Below, piece by piece: positions 19,455 through 28,696 of a stretch of DNA of 64,000 nt. Origin of the DNA: Spirochaetaceae bacterium. GTDB taxonomy: Bacteria > Spirochaetota > Spirochaetia > DSM-27196 > SLST01. A model generated the notes under the pieces. That model had not been told where the DNA came from. It ran no database searches and saw only the letters and a program-made list of their open reading frames with translations. Within the stretch, counting starts at the first letter, position 1. Every line of letters begins with the position of its first letter. Both the position numbers and the translations under genes were made by a program. The stretch is from assembly GCA_007118855.1 (NCBI GenBank), contig SKQU01000127.1:5660-69659 (forward strand), given 5' to 3'.

Positions 19455-19585
19455 GAGGCCGCTGACCGCCCTGGAGCAGTTGCGAGTACCGTGGACCGGG
19501 TGTATACTTCGGATGACGGATCGGGCACCGCCCGGTGAGCAGCATGCCTTTCTGCAGCGCGGGCACCGCTTCGGAAGGAGCAACC

Positions 19586-19828
19586 ATGGCAGACATCATC
19601 GAGATGATCCGCAGGGACGTGGAGGACGATGTGTCCCTCAAGGTACGGGCGTTCACCGTCGACATGCTCAAGAAGGGCTTCTTGGTCAAGCGCAAGACGA
19701 TACGGGTCTCCGGGCGTGTCGCGAACGAACACGATCGCGACAAGATAGCCGGAATCGTCAATCACCACGCCGGCGACGGGTATGACATCGAGATTGATAT
19801 ACGCGTCGAGGAGCCCGCTGAAGCATAG
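19586..19828 (+). CDS. Small protein, BON-domain-like
   Basis: 80 aa from ATG 19586 with RBS GGAAGGAG 6 nt upstream. The pattern IRVSGRVANEHDRDKIAGIV...YDIEIDIRV resembles a BON domain. Weak by-eye call. Confidence 0.4.
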   Translation: MADIIEMIRRDVEDDVSLKVRAFTVDMLKKGFLVKRKTIRVSGRVANEHDRDKIAGIVNHHAGDGYDIEIDIRVEEPAEA

Positions 19829-19841
19829 GAGCGCAGCGCTC

Positions 19842-21146
19842 TCAGTACGACCACTTGCGGCTGATCGAGTGAATGACGTCGAGCATGTCGAGAAAATGCT
19901 GAACGAGCGCGGGGTCGAACCGCCCACCCGCCTCGCTTCGCAGATGGTCGATCACACGGGGCTCGGGCCACGGCTCCTTGTACGCCCGATGTGACATCAG
20001 CGCATCGTAGACGTCGGCAATCGCGACGATTCGTGCAGTGACCGGGATCTCGGTGCCGCGCTTGGGGCGTCCGACGCGTACCTTGCGAGCGAAGATGTTT
20101 TCTATGTGCCCGGGATAGCCGGTTCCGTCCCAGCGCTCGTGATGGTTCAGGGTCACTTCCCGGGCGACCAGATCCCAGGCGGAATCGTCGCGTTTGAACA
20201 GACGCGCGCCGTAGATCGTATGCAGCTGCATCCGGCGCCGTTCATCACCCGAAAGATTCCGCCCTTTGCGTAGAATGGTGTCGCTGATCGCGACTTTCCC
20301 CACATCGTGCAGCATCGCCGCGGTCCGGATGATCTCGCGATTGGCTCGCACCTCATCCGGCGGGGTTCCTTCCGCTGTCGCCCACTTGTCGTACAGTTCC
20401 ACCGCGTACGCGCCGACGCGCTTGGCATGCTGGCCGGTTTCGTACGGGTCACGCAGACCGCTGAGCTCGACGAGGCGCAGTACCATGTCGCGCGAGAGTC
20501 GGGCCCGCTCGATCGCGTCCGCCGCCGCCTGCGCGAACTGGTTGGCGTACTGCGTCTCCTGGTAGGAGAATGATACCGTCGAGCCGTCGTCGTCGATTGC
20601 GTTTATCAGCTGCAGCACGCCAACCAGGCTGTTGTCGCGGGTGAGCAGCGGGACGATGAGCATGCTCTTCGTCCGGTAGTTCGACCGGGTGTCGAACTCC
20701 GGGTTGAACGCGTAGCTGACGTTGCTCTGGATGTCGTACACGTCGTCGATCACCAGGGACTCGCCGCTGGCTGCAACGTATCCGGCCAGTGACGATCGGT
20801 TGATCGGGAGGCTGTTGGCCGAGTAGACGTAGCGCGAGTCCGGGGTCTGGCCGGCGAAAAGGGTATCGTTCTGGACGTAACTGAAGAAGAGCCGGTTCTT
20901 GGCTTTGAGGTAGATCGTCCCCGCGTCGGCCCGCACCAGACGGCGCGCCTTCAGGAGGACCTGCTCGAGGAGCGTGTCGAGGTCGCGAACCCGGTTCAGG
21001 CTCTGGATCGCCTGCAGAACCCCCTGCGCATCCCGCCGAGCCGGTTGGGTCTCGGAATCGATCTGGTGGGGCAGGATCGACTCCACGAGCGACAGGTCCG
21101 AGTCCTCAGACGGACCCAGGTCGAATACGTGTACAGGTTGTGCCAC
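19842..21146 (-). CDS. GAF domain / HD-GYP domain protein (putative c-di-GMP phosphodiesterase)
   Basis: 434 aa, GTG start. N-terminal GAF-like region, C-terminal HD-GYP motifs (AAMLHDVGKVAISDTIL, HHERWDGTGYPG). Starts 5 nt after the ROK gene stop. Confidence 0.85.
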   Translation of the reverse strand: MAQPVHVFDLGPSEDSDLSLVESILPHQIDSETQPARRDAQGVLQAIQSLNRVRDLDTLLEQVLLKARRLVRADAGTIYLKAKNRLFFSYVQNDTLFAGQTPDSRYVYSANSLPINRSSLAGYVAASGESLVIDDVYDIQSNVSYAFNPEFDTRSNYRTKSMLIVPLLTRDNSLVGVLQLINAIDDDGSTVSFSYQETQYANQFAQAAADAIERARLSRDMVLRLVELSGLRDPYETGQHAKRVGAYAVELYDKWATAEGTPPDEVRANREIIRTAAMLHDVGKVAISDTILRKGRNLSGDERRRMQLHTIYGARLFKRDDSAWDLVAREVTLNHHERWDGTGYPGHIENIFARKVRVGRPKRGTEIPVTARIVAIADVYDALMSHRAYKEPWPEPRVIDHLRSEAGGRFDPALVQHFLDMLDVIHSISRKWSY

Positions 21147-21151
21147 TCTTC

Positions 21152-22351
21152 TTATTGTAGAGTGTTTACTCGAGCATAACCATAAGAAAACTCGGTTCCG
21201 CGGTTGTCCGATCCGGCGAGCTCATTGAGCGGCAGGGCCGGACTCTCCGGTGAGAACAGGGTCTCAACGACCATCTGCGCGGCGCCGTGCGCAACCGCGA
21301 GGAGCTCCGGCTCGCGAAAGGCTATCTCGACCTGGCCCGGCGGGACGAGGTCTGCGGCAAGCCTTCGCATCTCCAGGCCGAGTGCGCCGAGATCCCCGGC
21401 TACCACGATTCGGGGAGGGTCGAGCAGTGAGGAGATCACGACCAGATTGCGGATCAGCTCCGTCGCGGCGGCGTTGACCGCGGCCTGCTGCCCGTCACGG
21501 AGCCGAATCTGCTCGAGGTCAACGCCGAGCTGGTCCGCGTCACGCACGGTATACCCGTATCCGCGCAGTTCCCCGGCGGCGCCCCGGTGACCGCGGAGAA
21601 TGCGCCCCTCGGCTACGACTATCACCCCGACTCCCATCCCCGTGGGGAGGAATCGTTCACCATCCGTGTGGAGCTTGGTGTAGACGTAGACGCCGTCGGC
21701 GGCGGTCGTCTCTCCGCGCGAGAGCTCGGTGCGGCAGGCGGCGATCTCACGCCATGCGTAACAGGTTGCATCGTTCGCCGCGCGCAGCGGAGGATCGTCG
21801 CAGTTCCAGACAGATGCGATGTCGAGGTCCGAGAGCCCGAGCTCGAACGACTCGACGAGCCGGGAGCGCGAACGGTCGAAGAGCCCGGGGAGCGCCAGCC
21901 CGACCCCGAGAACCCGACGGCCGTCCGGATGCGACCGGACGATATCGCGCAGGTCGGCGAGGACGCCCTCCATCCAGGAACGACGCACTGCTCCGCCGGC
22001 CGAAGGCATGCTCGGCCCGAGTGCCCCGTCCGCGAGCGGCTCCCCCTGCAGGTCGGTGAGCAACCATCGCACGCTCCTCGATCGCACCTCGGCGCTGAGT
22101 ATCGAGTACCTGCTCCGCTCGACGGAGAGCAGCTCGGCGCGCCGTCCTCCGCGGCTGCCCGCCGGCGCCTCGGCTACCGCCTCGATGAGTCGTGCGGCGA
22201 GCAGTGCGGAGGTGATGTGGGTCATCGTCGATCGATCGAGCCCGAGTTGAGCCGCCAGCTCGCTCCGGCTCGCCCTTCCGAGCGATATGAGCGCGCGCAT
22301 GACCGCGAAAGCGTTCTGTGCGCGACCGCGCTGCCGGCTCCTGCCGTTCAC
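21152..22351 (-). CDS. ROK-family transcriptional regulator (NagC/XylR-like)
   Basis: 399 aa. N-terminal winged-helix (RALISLGRASRSELAAQLGLDRSTMTHITSALL) and a sugar-kinase-like ROK body. GTG start overlaps the upstream TAG by 1 nt. Confidence 0.8.
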   Translation of the reverse strand: MNGRSRQRGRAQNAFAVMRALISLGRASRSELAAQLGLDRSTMTHITSALLAARLIEAVAEAPAGSRGGRRAELLSVERSRYSILSAEVRSRSVRWLLTDLQGEPLADGALGPSMPSAGGAVRRSWMEGVLADLRDIVRSHPDGRRVLGVGLALPGLFDRSRSRLVESFELGLSDLDIASVWNCDDPPLRAANDATCYAWREIAACRTELSRGETTAADGVYVYTKLHTDGERFLPTGMGVGVIVVAEGRILRGHRGAAGELRGYGYTVRDADQLGVDLEQIRLRDGQQAAVNAAATELIRNLVVISSLLDPPRIVVAGDLGALGLEMRRLAADLVPPGQVEIAFREPELLAVAHGAAQMVVETLFSPESPALPLNELAGSDNRGTEFSYGYARVNTLQ

Positions 22352-24729
22352 TACGCGTTCTCCGCGCGCCGGCGCAGATCGCGGGAGTACCGGTAGAACT
22401 CCTGCGGGCTCATGGTGCGCACGAAGACGAATCCTCGCGTCGCCCGTATGAGGGGGCTTTCGTGGCCGTAGAAGTAGTCTCGCCCGAGGCAGTTTGCCAA
22501 CATCTCGTACTGACTGACCTGGATCCGCTGAGAGAGCTCGCAGAATGGTCCCTGGTGATCGTGACTCGGGAAGCTCGCTTCGCGCTGCGAGAGATACGTG
22601 TTCATGAACGAGTAGTGCTCGAGCGTGAGCATGTTGAGTGAGACGGGCACGAACACGCTTGCCTCGGACGGATGGAACCGAAACCAGACATTGCGGTAGC
22701 CGAGCACCGTGATGTCATCACGCCCTGACTCCTCCTGGTAGATCCGCAACGCCTCAGCGATCGCCTGCATAACCTTGTAGTGGGTATCCGGACCGCTGGC
22801 CTCCGGATCAAAGGCGACGGTGATGTAGTCCGGCTCGACCTTCCGGATGAGTTCGAGAACCGGGCCGACGTCACGGCCGAGCTGCGGTTCAGGAGTGAAG
22901 ACATCACCGGTGTAGAATCCGAGCCGCAGGTCCTCAACCGAGTTCGAGTCCCACCCGAAGTATCCCCACAGACAGGCGCTCTCCCACTCGCGCACCATGC
23001 CCTTGAGGGTCTGGATGTGCGGCAGATCCTTCTTCCCCGGGTACTGTGTCTCGAAGTAGTTCACGAGCTCCTCAACACGTTCGCGCAGATCGCGCGGTTC
23101 GAGCTCGTCGAATACGTGAATGAGATTGCGCAGAAACCGCCGCATCGTACCCTCGAGCTTGAGCTCTTCGTCCTCCGCGGCGATGCCGTCGAGGTACCGA
23201 AGTACGTCGTAGTCCTCGTACTGCTCGGCTTCCGGGCTGAAGTAGCCCTCCTCGAGCAGTCGGGAGAAACCGAATCGCTCTTCGTCGATCGTGCGCCGCA
23301 TCTCGCGGCAGAGGCGAAGCATGTACTCGTTGGTGACCGACGTGAAACCGCTGGTGAGCGTCGCGAAATGGTGCGTGTTCGAGTGGTCGCGGATTGTCCG
23401 CACGACGAACGGCATGTAACCGAGCATTATGTCGTCGTGATGGGGTTCGGTGTGCAGGAATCGCTTGCCGGTCGGCAGGTGCCGTCCCGCCTCGATCCGC
23501 GCGCGCAGATCGTCGGCGACGAGGCGCGTGAGCTGGTCGACCGGTCCGTCGGTGAGGCGCAGCAGCACCGTGCCGTACGGGTCTTCGGCGAAGTCGTCCC
23601 GGCTGAGGTCGACGACCCGTTTGCCGGTCTTGAGCGCAAGGTCGATCACGATCCGCTGGATTTCCCGTTCGTCAAGCGTTCCCGTCGTCTCGAGCGATGC
23701 AATACGGCGAGCGGTCAGGTGCTTCGCGGCACCCTTGGTCAGGTAGACCCGGCTCTCGCTCAGGCTGGTCAGCGCCGTGGCGGGGTAGCGGACGTCGCGG
23801 TCGTGCTGGACCGCGTCCGCGACGACAGCGGCCTTCGCCTCGCCGGCGGCCATGATCAGCGCGACGGTCTCCGGATTGAAGGTGATGGTCGCGAGCCCGA
23901 TGGTGATCACCAGGCGCTCCTCGGCGACCTCGATCCCGCCAAGGTCGGTTGCCGCGGCCGCCTTCGTCTCGTAGTTGACCTGCGTCAGGCGGGTCGTGGA
24001 GTGCATGTCACTGCCGCGGACGTTGAAGCCGATGTGGCCGTCTGGACCGATTCCGCCGAGGAAGAACCCGATTCCGCCGAGCGCACGGATACGGTCCTCG
24101 AATTCCACGCACCATTGATCAACGTTCCGGATGACGCGTTGCTGGAGCTGTTCGCGCGGTCCCCGCGGGAGCCGGTACCGCAGCTCGAGGTCGACTCCGC
24201 CGCTCCCCCAGATCGACTCGAGGCTGTGTCCCTCGGGAATCCCGATCTCGTCGCACCGGATGAAGTGCCCTCGCCGCGGGTCGAGCTCCAACCCCTCCAC
24301 ATAGTACTTGTGCACGTAGTAGTAGAAGCTGTTCTGGTGACGCGGGTTGATCGGGTAGAACTCGTCGATCTGCACGAAGCGGAGTCCTTCGGTTCGGGGC
24401 CTGATTCCCGGATCGAGTCCGAGCCCCTCGACCTCCGTGCGAGTCCCGGGGGAATCCCAGCTGTTGAGGATGCGGAGAGTCTCCTTGATGAAGTGTTCCG
24501 GCGTCCGCCCGGTGGGCAGCGCGATCGTTCCCTCCGGGTGGGTCTGTACCCATTCGAGGAATCGGGCCGCGGTGAGCGTCCCGAGCGTCGGGAAGCTGTC
24601 CACGACGATGACCCCTATCCGCTCGTCAGGAGCATACTGCAGCGATTGGCCCGAACGATCGAGAAAGGTCTTTTCAACGGGGGACGGCACCGGCGCTCCT
24701 CTTCTCCGGGCCCGGCGACGTCCTGCCAC
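22351..24729 (-). CDS. nagB: Glucosamine-6-phosphate deaminase fused to a LmbE/PIG-L-like deacetylase-fold domain (long NagB form)
   Basis: 792 aa. N-terminal half has NagB motifs (ALPTGRTPEHF, VQIDEFYPI, GGIGPDGHIGFN). C-terminal half has an LmbE-type motif (TEPHHDDIMLGYMPF). GTG start at 24729 is uncertain. Confidence 0.8.
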   Translation of the reverse strand: MAGRRRARRRGAPVPSPVEKTFLDRSGQSLQYAPDERIGVIVVDSFPTLGTLTAARFLEWVQTHPEGTIALPTGRTPEHFIKETLRILNSWDSPGTRTEVEGLGLDPGIRPRTEGLRFVQIDEFYPINPRHQNSFYYYVHKYYVEGLELDPRRGHFIRCDEIGIPEGHSLESIWGSGGVDLELRYRLPRGPREQLQQRVIRNVDQWCVEFEDRIRALGGIGFFLGGIGPDGHIGFNVRGSDMHSTTRLTQVNYETKAAAATDLGGIEVAEERLVITIGLATITFNPETVALIMAAGEAKAAVVADAVQHDRDVRYPATALTSLSESRVYLTKGAAKHLTARRIASLETTGTLDEREIQRIVIDLALKTGKRVVDLSRDDFAEDPYGTVLLRLTDGPVDQLTRLVADDLRARIEAGRHLPTGKRFLHTEPHHDDIMLGYMPFVVRTIRDHSNTHHFATLTSGFTSVTNEYMLRLCREMRRTIDEERFGFSRLLEEGYFSPEAEQYEDYDVLRYLDGIAAEDEELKLEGTMRRFLRNLIHVFDELEPRDLRERVEELVNYFETQYPGKKDLPHIQTLKGMVREWESACLWGYFGWDSNSVEDLRLGFYTGDVFTPEPQLGRDVGPVLELIRKVEPDYITVAFDPEASGPDTHYKVMQAIAEALRIYQEESGRDDITVLGYRNVWFRFHPSEASVFVPVSLNMLTLEHYSFMNTYLSQREASFPSHDHQGPFCELSQRIQVSQYEMLANCLGRDYFYGHESPLIRATRGFVFVRTMSPQEFYRYSRDLRRRAENA

Positions 24730-24742
24730 CAGTGCATCCCGG

Positions 24743-24769
24743 CTAGTTGATTTATGTTATAAACTAACG
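24743..24769. promoter_or_regulatory. AT-rich imperfect inverted repeat in the 52-bp divergent promoter region (candidate ROK/NagC-type operator)
   Basis: CTAGTTGATTTATGTTATAAACTAACG: TAGTT...AACTA and TTTAT-gtt-ATAAA arms. One of only two clearly AT-rich intergenic patches seen in the window, lying between the nagB fusion and the NahK-like kinase. Confidence 0.35.
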
Positions 24770-24781
24770 TAGACTACCGGC

Positions 24782-25870
24782 ATGAGTCAAGCGTTTCACC
24801 CGCAGCAGCAACTGCCGCAGCAACCGCTGCCGGTTGCCCGCGCCTTCGCGACCGCGAGTGAGGTGATCGAGGTCACTCCGATCAGCGACGGTCATATCCA
24901 CGACACCTACCGATGTGCCTGCCGGGACGGGGCGCTCTCTATCCTGCAGCGGATCAACACCGCGGTCTTCGTCGATCCGGCCGCCGTCATGCGCAACATC
25001 GTGATCGTGCTGAGCGCGGCGAACGCCGGGCACCGGGCGATACGGCTTCCGGCGCTCATCGGCGCGTCGCAGCCGGACGCAGCGCTGCCGGTCGTGCGCC
25101 GGCCGGACGGGAGTTGGTGGCGCATGTGGCATGCGATTCCGGGCGCCGTTTCGGCGCCGATCCCCGCGCGGCCCCGCGAGGCGAACGCCTGCGGCCGGGG
25201 CTTCGGCGCATTCCTCGCATTCACCCGGGAGCTCGAGCCGAAGAGGCTCACCGAGACGATTCCGCGCTTCCACGACATAGAACGCCGGCTCGGCGAACTT
25301 GCCGACGCGATCCGACTCGATCCGGCCGGTCGGCTGTCCGGAGTCAAACGTGAAGTGGGACTTGTGGAGGAGCGGGCTTCGCGGATGACCTCGTACTTCC
25401 GGTCGCTTGGACGGATCGCGCCGCGGGTCACTCACAACGACACGAAGTTCAACAATATTCTGCTCGACGCACAGTCGGGCGAGCCGCGCGCGGTCATCGA
25501 TCTCGACACCGTGATGGCGGGCTATGCGGCCTACGACTTCGGCGACGGTGCGAGAACCGGCGCCGCGACCGCCGCGGAAGACACCGGCGAGCCGCAACTG
25601 ATGGGCCTGAACCGCGAGAGCTTCCGTGCCTATGCCGACGGGTTTCTTGAGGAGGCCTCGCTCTCGGCCGACGAGCTCGCGACCCTGCCGCAGGCGACCG
25701 CCTATATGACGTTCATCATGGCGGTCCGGTTCCTTACCGACTACCTCGCCGGCGACCGGTACTACCACGTCGATGACCCGGAGCACAACCTCAGGCGGGC
25801 TCGCGCGCAGCTTTCGCTCGTCCTCGCGCTCGAGGCCGACGCGGATCAGATCAGGGCCGTCTTCCCGTAG
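24782..25870 (+). CDS. APH-family phosphotransferase, N-acetylhexosamine-1-kinase-like
   Basis: 362 aa. Catalytic-loop THNDTKFNNILLD and metal-binding VIDLDTV, typical of the aminoglycoside/sugar kinase fold. Amino-sugar context supports a NahK-like role (inference). Confidence 0.6.
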   Translation: MSQAFHPQQQLPQQPLPVARAFATASEVIEVTPISDGHIHDTYRCACRDGALSILQRINTAVFVDPAAVMRNIVIVLSAANAGHRAIRLPALIGASQPDAALPVVRRPDGSWWRMWHAIPGAVSAPIPARPREANACGRGFGAFLAFTRELEPKRLTETIPRFHDIERRLGELADAIRLDPAGRLSGVKREVGLVEERASRMTSYFRSLGRIAPRVTHNDTKFNNILLDAQSGEPRAVIDLDTVMAGYAAYDFGDGARTGAATAAEDTGEPQLMGLNRESFRAYADGFLEEASLSADELATLPQATAYMTFIMAVRFLTDYLAGDRYYHVDDPEHNLRRARAQLSLVLALEADADQIRAVFP

Positions 25871-25898
25871 ATTTCGGCCGCCAGCCGCGTGCGCCGGC

Positions 25899-26771
25899 CT
25901 ATGCGCCGAGGGCGGTTCGCATCAGGCCGGGGATCTCATCCGGTTTGTCGGCAACGGCGACCCCGGCGTTCCGGAAGGCCTCGACCTTCGCCTGCGGGGT
26001 TCCCTTGCCTCCCGAGATGATCGCGCCCGCGTGGCCCATGCGCTTCCCCGGCGGTGCGGTGCGACCCGAGATGAACGCCACCACCGGCTTGGTCATCTTC
26101 GTATTGATGAACTCGGCGGCCCGTTCCTCGGCCTCGCCGCCGATTTCTCCTATCAGCACAACGCCCGCGGTTCCCGCGTCGGCTTCGAAGAGCTCGAGCA
26201 GATCGGTGAAGGTCGTACCGATGATGGGGTCTCCGCCTATGCCGATGCATGTCGACTGGCCGAGCCCCGCGACCGTCAGATTGTAGACGACCTCGTAGGT
26301 CAGGGTACCGCTGCGGCTGATGACGCCGATGGCGCCCTCCTTGTGGATGCGGTACGGCATGATGCCGATCTTGCTCTTGCCCGGAGAGATCAGCCCCGGA
26401 CAGTTGGGACCGATCAGGCGCAGTCCCCGCTCCTTGACGTACCGGTAATTCTCCACCATCTCGAGGACCGGCATCCCCTCGGTGATACAGATGATGAGCG
26501 GCACGCCCGCGTCCGCGGCCTCACGGATCGCGGCCGAGGCGAACTTCGGTGGAACGAAGATGACCGTCGCGTCGACCCGGTGGTCCGCCGCGGCTTCACC
26601 CACGCTGTTGTAGACCGGTATCTCGTCGAGCTTCTGCCCGCCCTTGCCTGGGGTCACGCCCGCGACCACGCGGGTGCCGTCGGCGACCATCTGTCGCGCA
26701 TGGAAGGAGCCGTCCCGGCCGGTGACGCCCTGGACGATCACGTTGGTGTTCTGGTCTATCAATATGCTCAT
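25899..26771 (-). CDS. sucD: Succinyl-CoA synthetase alpha subunit
   Basis: 290 aa. [18 protein letters not shown], phospho-His loop [17 protein letters not shown]. Confidence 0.95.
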   Translation of the reverse strand: MSILIDQNTNVIVQGVTGRDGSFHARQMVADGTRVVAGVTPGKGGQKLDEIPVYNSVGEAAADHRVDATVIFVPPKFASAAIREAADAGVPLIICITEGMPVLEMVENYRYVKERGLRLIGPNCPGLISPGKSKIGIMPYRIHKEGAIGVISRSGTLTYEVVYNLTVAGLGQSTCIGIGGDPIIGTTFTDLLELFEADAGTAGVVLIGEIGGEAEERAAEFINTKMTKPVVAFISGRTAPPGKRMGHAGAIISGGKGTPQAKVEAFRNAGVAVADKPDEIPGLMRTALGA

Positions 26772-26781
26772 CCTGCTCTCC

Positions 26782-27924
26782 CTACGCCTTCACGCCGCCG
26801 GCGGCGGCCACCACGTGCTCCACCGCCTCGCCGAGCGACTGGTATGACTCGAGTCCCGCCCCTTCGAGGATCCTGCGCCCCTCATCGTCGTTCGTCCCGA
26901 TCAGGCGTATGACCATCGGCAGCTTGAGATCTATCTGAGCGAGCGCCTCGAGGATGCCGTTGGCGATGTCGTCGCACCGCGTGATGCCGCCGAAAATGTT
27001 GATGAGGATCGCCTCCACCCGGGGATTGCCCGTGATGATCTTAAGCGCGCTCACGACCTTCGCGGGATTGGAGCTGCCGCCCACGTCGAGAAAATTGGCC
27101 GGGTCGCCGCCGTAGAGCTTGATGATGTCCATCGTGGCCATCGCGAGCCCGGCGCCGTTTACCATGCACCCGATCGTCCCGTCCATGCTCACGAAGGAGA
27201 GGCCCGCGGCGTTCGCAGTCGTCTCGTCGGCCGAAAGCTCCTCCGGGTTGCGCAGCGCCTCCACCTCCGGGTGCTTGAACACCGCGTTGTCGTCGAAGTT
27301 CACCTTTGCGTCGAGCGCGACGAGCTTCTCATCCTCGACGAGCGCGTACGGGTTGATCTCGACGAGCGAGCAGTCCTTCTCCATGAAGATCCGGTAGAGC
27401 CTGTGCACCGCGTCCTTCGCCTGGCTCTGGAGGGTCGGTGTCTCGAAGACCTCGGCGAGCGCCGCCTCGAGGCCCGACTCGTCGATGCCGTCGGCCGGGT
27501 GGATGGGGAATCTGATGATCTCCTCGGGGCGGTTCACCGCGAGATCCTCGATGTCGACGCCGCCTGCCCGGCTCATCATCAGCAGCAGGTTGTTGTCGTT
27601 GCGGTTGACGGTGATCGAGACGTAGTACTCGCGGTTGATCTCGCTCGCCGGCGTGATCATCACCTTCTCGACGGGGATACCCTTGATCGTGAGCGCGAGG
27701 ATATCGCGCGCTCGAGCGTCGGCCTCCTCCGGCGTCTTCGCGATTTTCACGCCGCCCGCCTTGCCTCGGCCGCCCACGAGAACCTGCGCCTTCACGACGA
27801 CCGTGGTTCCCATCGCAGACGCCGCCTCCCGTGCGGCCTCCGGAGTCGTCACGATCGCCTGATCGTTGACCGGTATGCCGTACTCCTTGAAGATCTCCTT
27901 GCCCTGGTACTCGTGGATATTCAC
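26782..27924 (-). CDS. sucC: Succinyl-CoA synthetase beta subunit
   Basis: 380 aa, GTG start. [22 protein letters not shown]-grasp N-terminus, [11 protein letters not shown]. The start overlaps the sdhB stop (GTGA). Confidence 0.95.
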   Translation of the reverse strand: MNIHEYQGKEIFKEYGIPVNDQAIVTTPEAAREAASAMGTTVVVKAQVLVGGRGKAGGVKIAKTPEEADARARDILALTIKGIPVEKVMITPASEINREYYVSITVNRNDNNLLLMMSRAGGVDIEDLAVNRPEEIIRFPIHPADGIDESGLEAALAEVFETPTLQSQAKDAVHRLYRIFMEKDCSLVEINPYALVEDEKLVALDAKVNFDDNAVFKHPEVEALRNPEELSADETTANAAGLSFVSMDGTIGCMVNGAGLAMATMDIIKLYGGDPANFLDVGGSSNPAKVVSALKIITGNPRVEAILINIFGGITRCDDIANGILEALAQIDLKLPMVIRLIGTNDDEGRRILEGAGLESYQSLGEAVEHVVAAAGGVKA

Positions 27925-28676
27925 GTCGCGGCTCCTCCGTCGTTTGTCTGTTCACCGCGCGCCTCTCTGAGCTTCTTGATCTCGCGCTTGGTGAAGTTGA
28001 TCATCTTCGTCACCTTGATGTCACGCGGACAGACACGCGTGCACTCGAAATGGTTCTCGCACGCCCATACGCCGTCGGGCCTGTCGAGGATGTCGAGTCG
28101 GGCCTCGATGCCTTTCTCCCGGCTGTCGAAGACGAAGCGCGCCGCCTGGACGATCGCCGCCGGTCCGATGAAGCTCGGGTTCTTGTCGATGACCGGGCAT
28201 GCGGAGTAGCAGGCGCCGCAGAGGATACACTTCGTGGGATCGTCGAAGACCGAGCGTTCCTCGACGCTCTGCAGGTACTCCTTCTGCGGCGCCGGTTTCG
28301 CCTCGTCCGCGATGAAGAACGGCTTGACCGCGCGGTAGTTCGCGAAGAAGGTGTCCTGCTTGACCATGAGGTCCCGCTGGACCTCCATGTGACGGGCAGG
28401 CGCGATCGTGATCGTCGCGCCGTCCGACTCGGCGACGTCCTGGATAAGGGTCTTGCAGGCGAGCGCCTCCTTCCCGTTGATGACCATCGCGTCGGAACCG
28501 CACACCCCGTGGGCGCAACTGCGCCTGAAGGTCAGTGTCCCGTCGACGTTCCGGTTGATCGTCGTCAGCGCGTCGAGTACCCGGTCCGTGGGTTCGACGT
28601 CGAGCGTATACCGCTGGACGTGCGACGCCCGGTCGGCTTCCGGGTTGAAGCGCTCTATATCAAGATGAACCGTCAT
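27921..28676 (-). CDS. sdhB: Succinate dehydrogenase / fumarate reductase iron-sulfur subunit
   Basis: 251 aa from ATG 28676 (RBS AGAGGAG). 2Fe-2S motif SCAHGVCGSDAM, 4Fe-4S CILCGACYSACP, 3Fe-4S CxxxxxC...CP (CENHFECTRVCP). The longer ORF to 29288 lies antisense inside sdhA and is rejected. Confidence 0.9.
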   Translation of the reverse strand: MTVHLDIERFNPEADRASHVQRYTLDVEPTDRVLDALTTINRNVDGTLTFRRSCAHGVCGSDAMVINGKEALACKTLIQDVAESDGATITIAPARHMEVQRDLMVKQDTFFANYRAVKPFFIADEAKPAPQKEYLQSVEERSVFDDPTKCILCGACYSACPVIDKNPSFIGPAAIVQAARFVFDSREKGIEARLDILDRPDGVWACENHFECTRVCPRDIKVTKMINFTKREIKKLREARGEQTNDGGAAT

Positions 28677-28696
28677 GCTCGCTCCTCTTCTGCGCC

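Noticed and set aside
22780-24750. 656-aa ORF on the plus strand
   Set aside because: It is antisense to the NagB-LmbE fusion gene. It has no motif and shadow-ORF composition.
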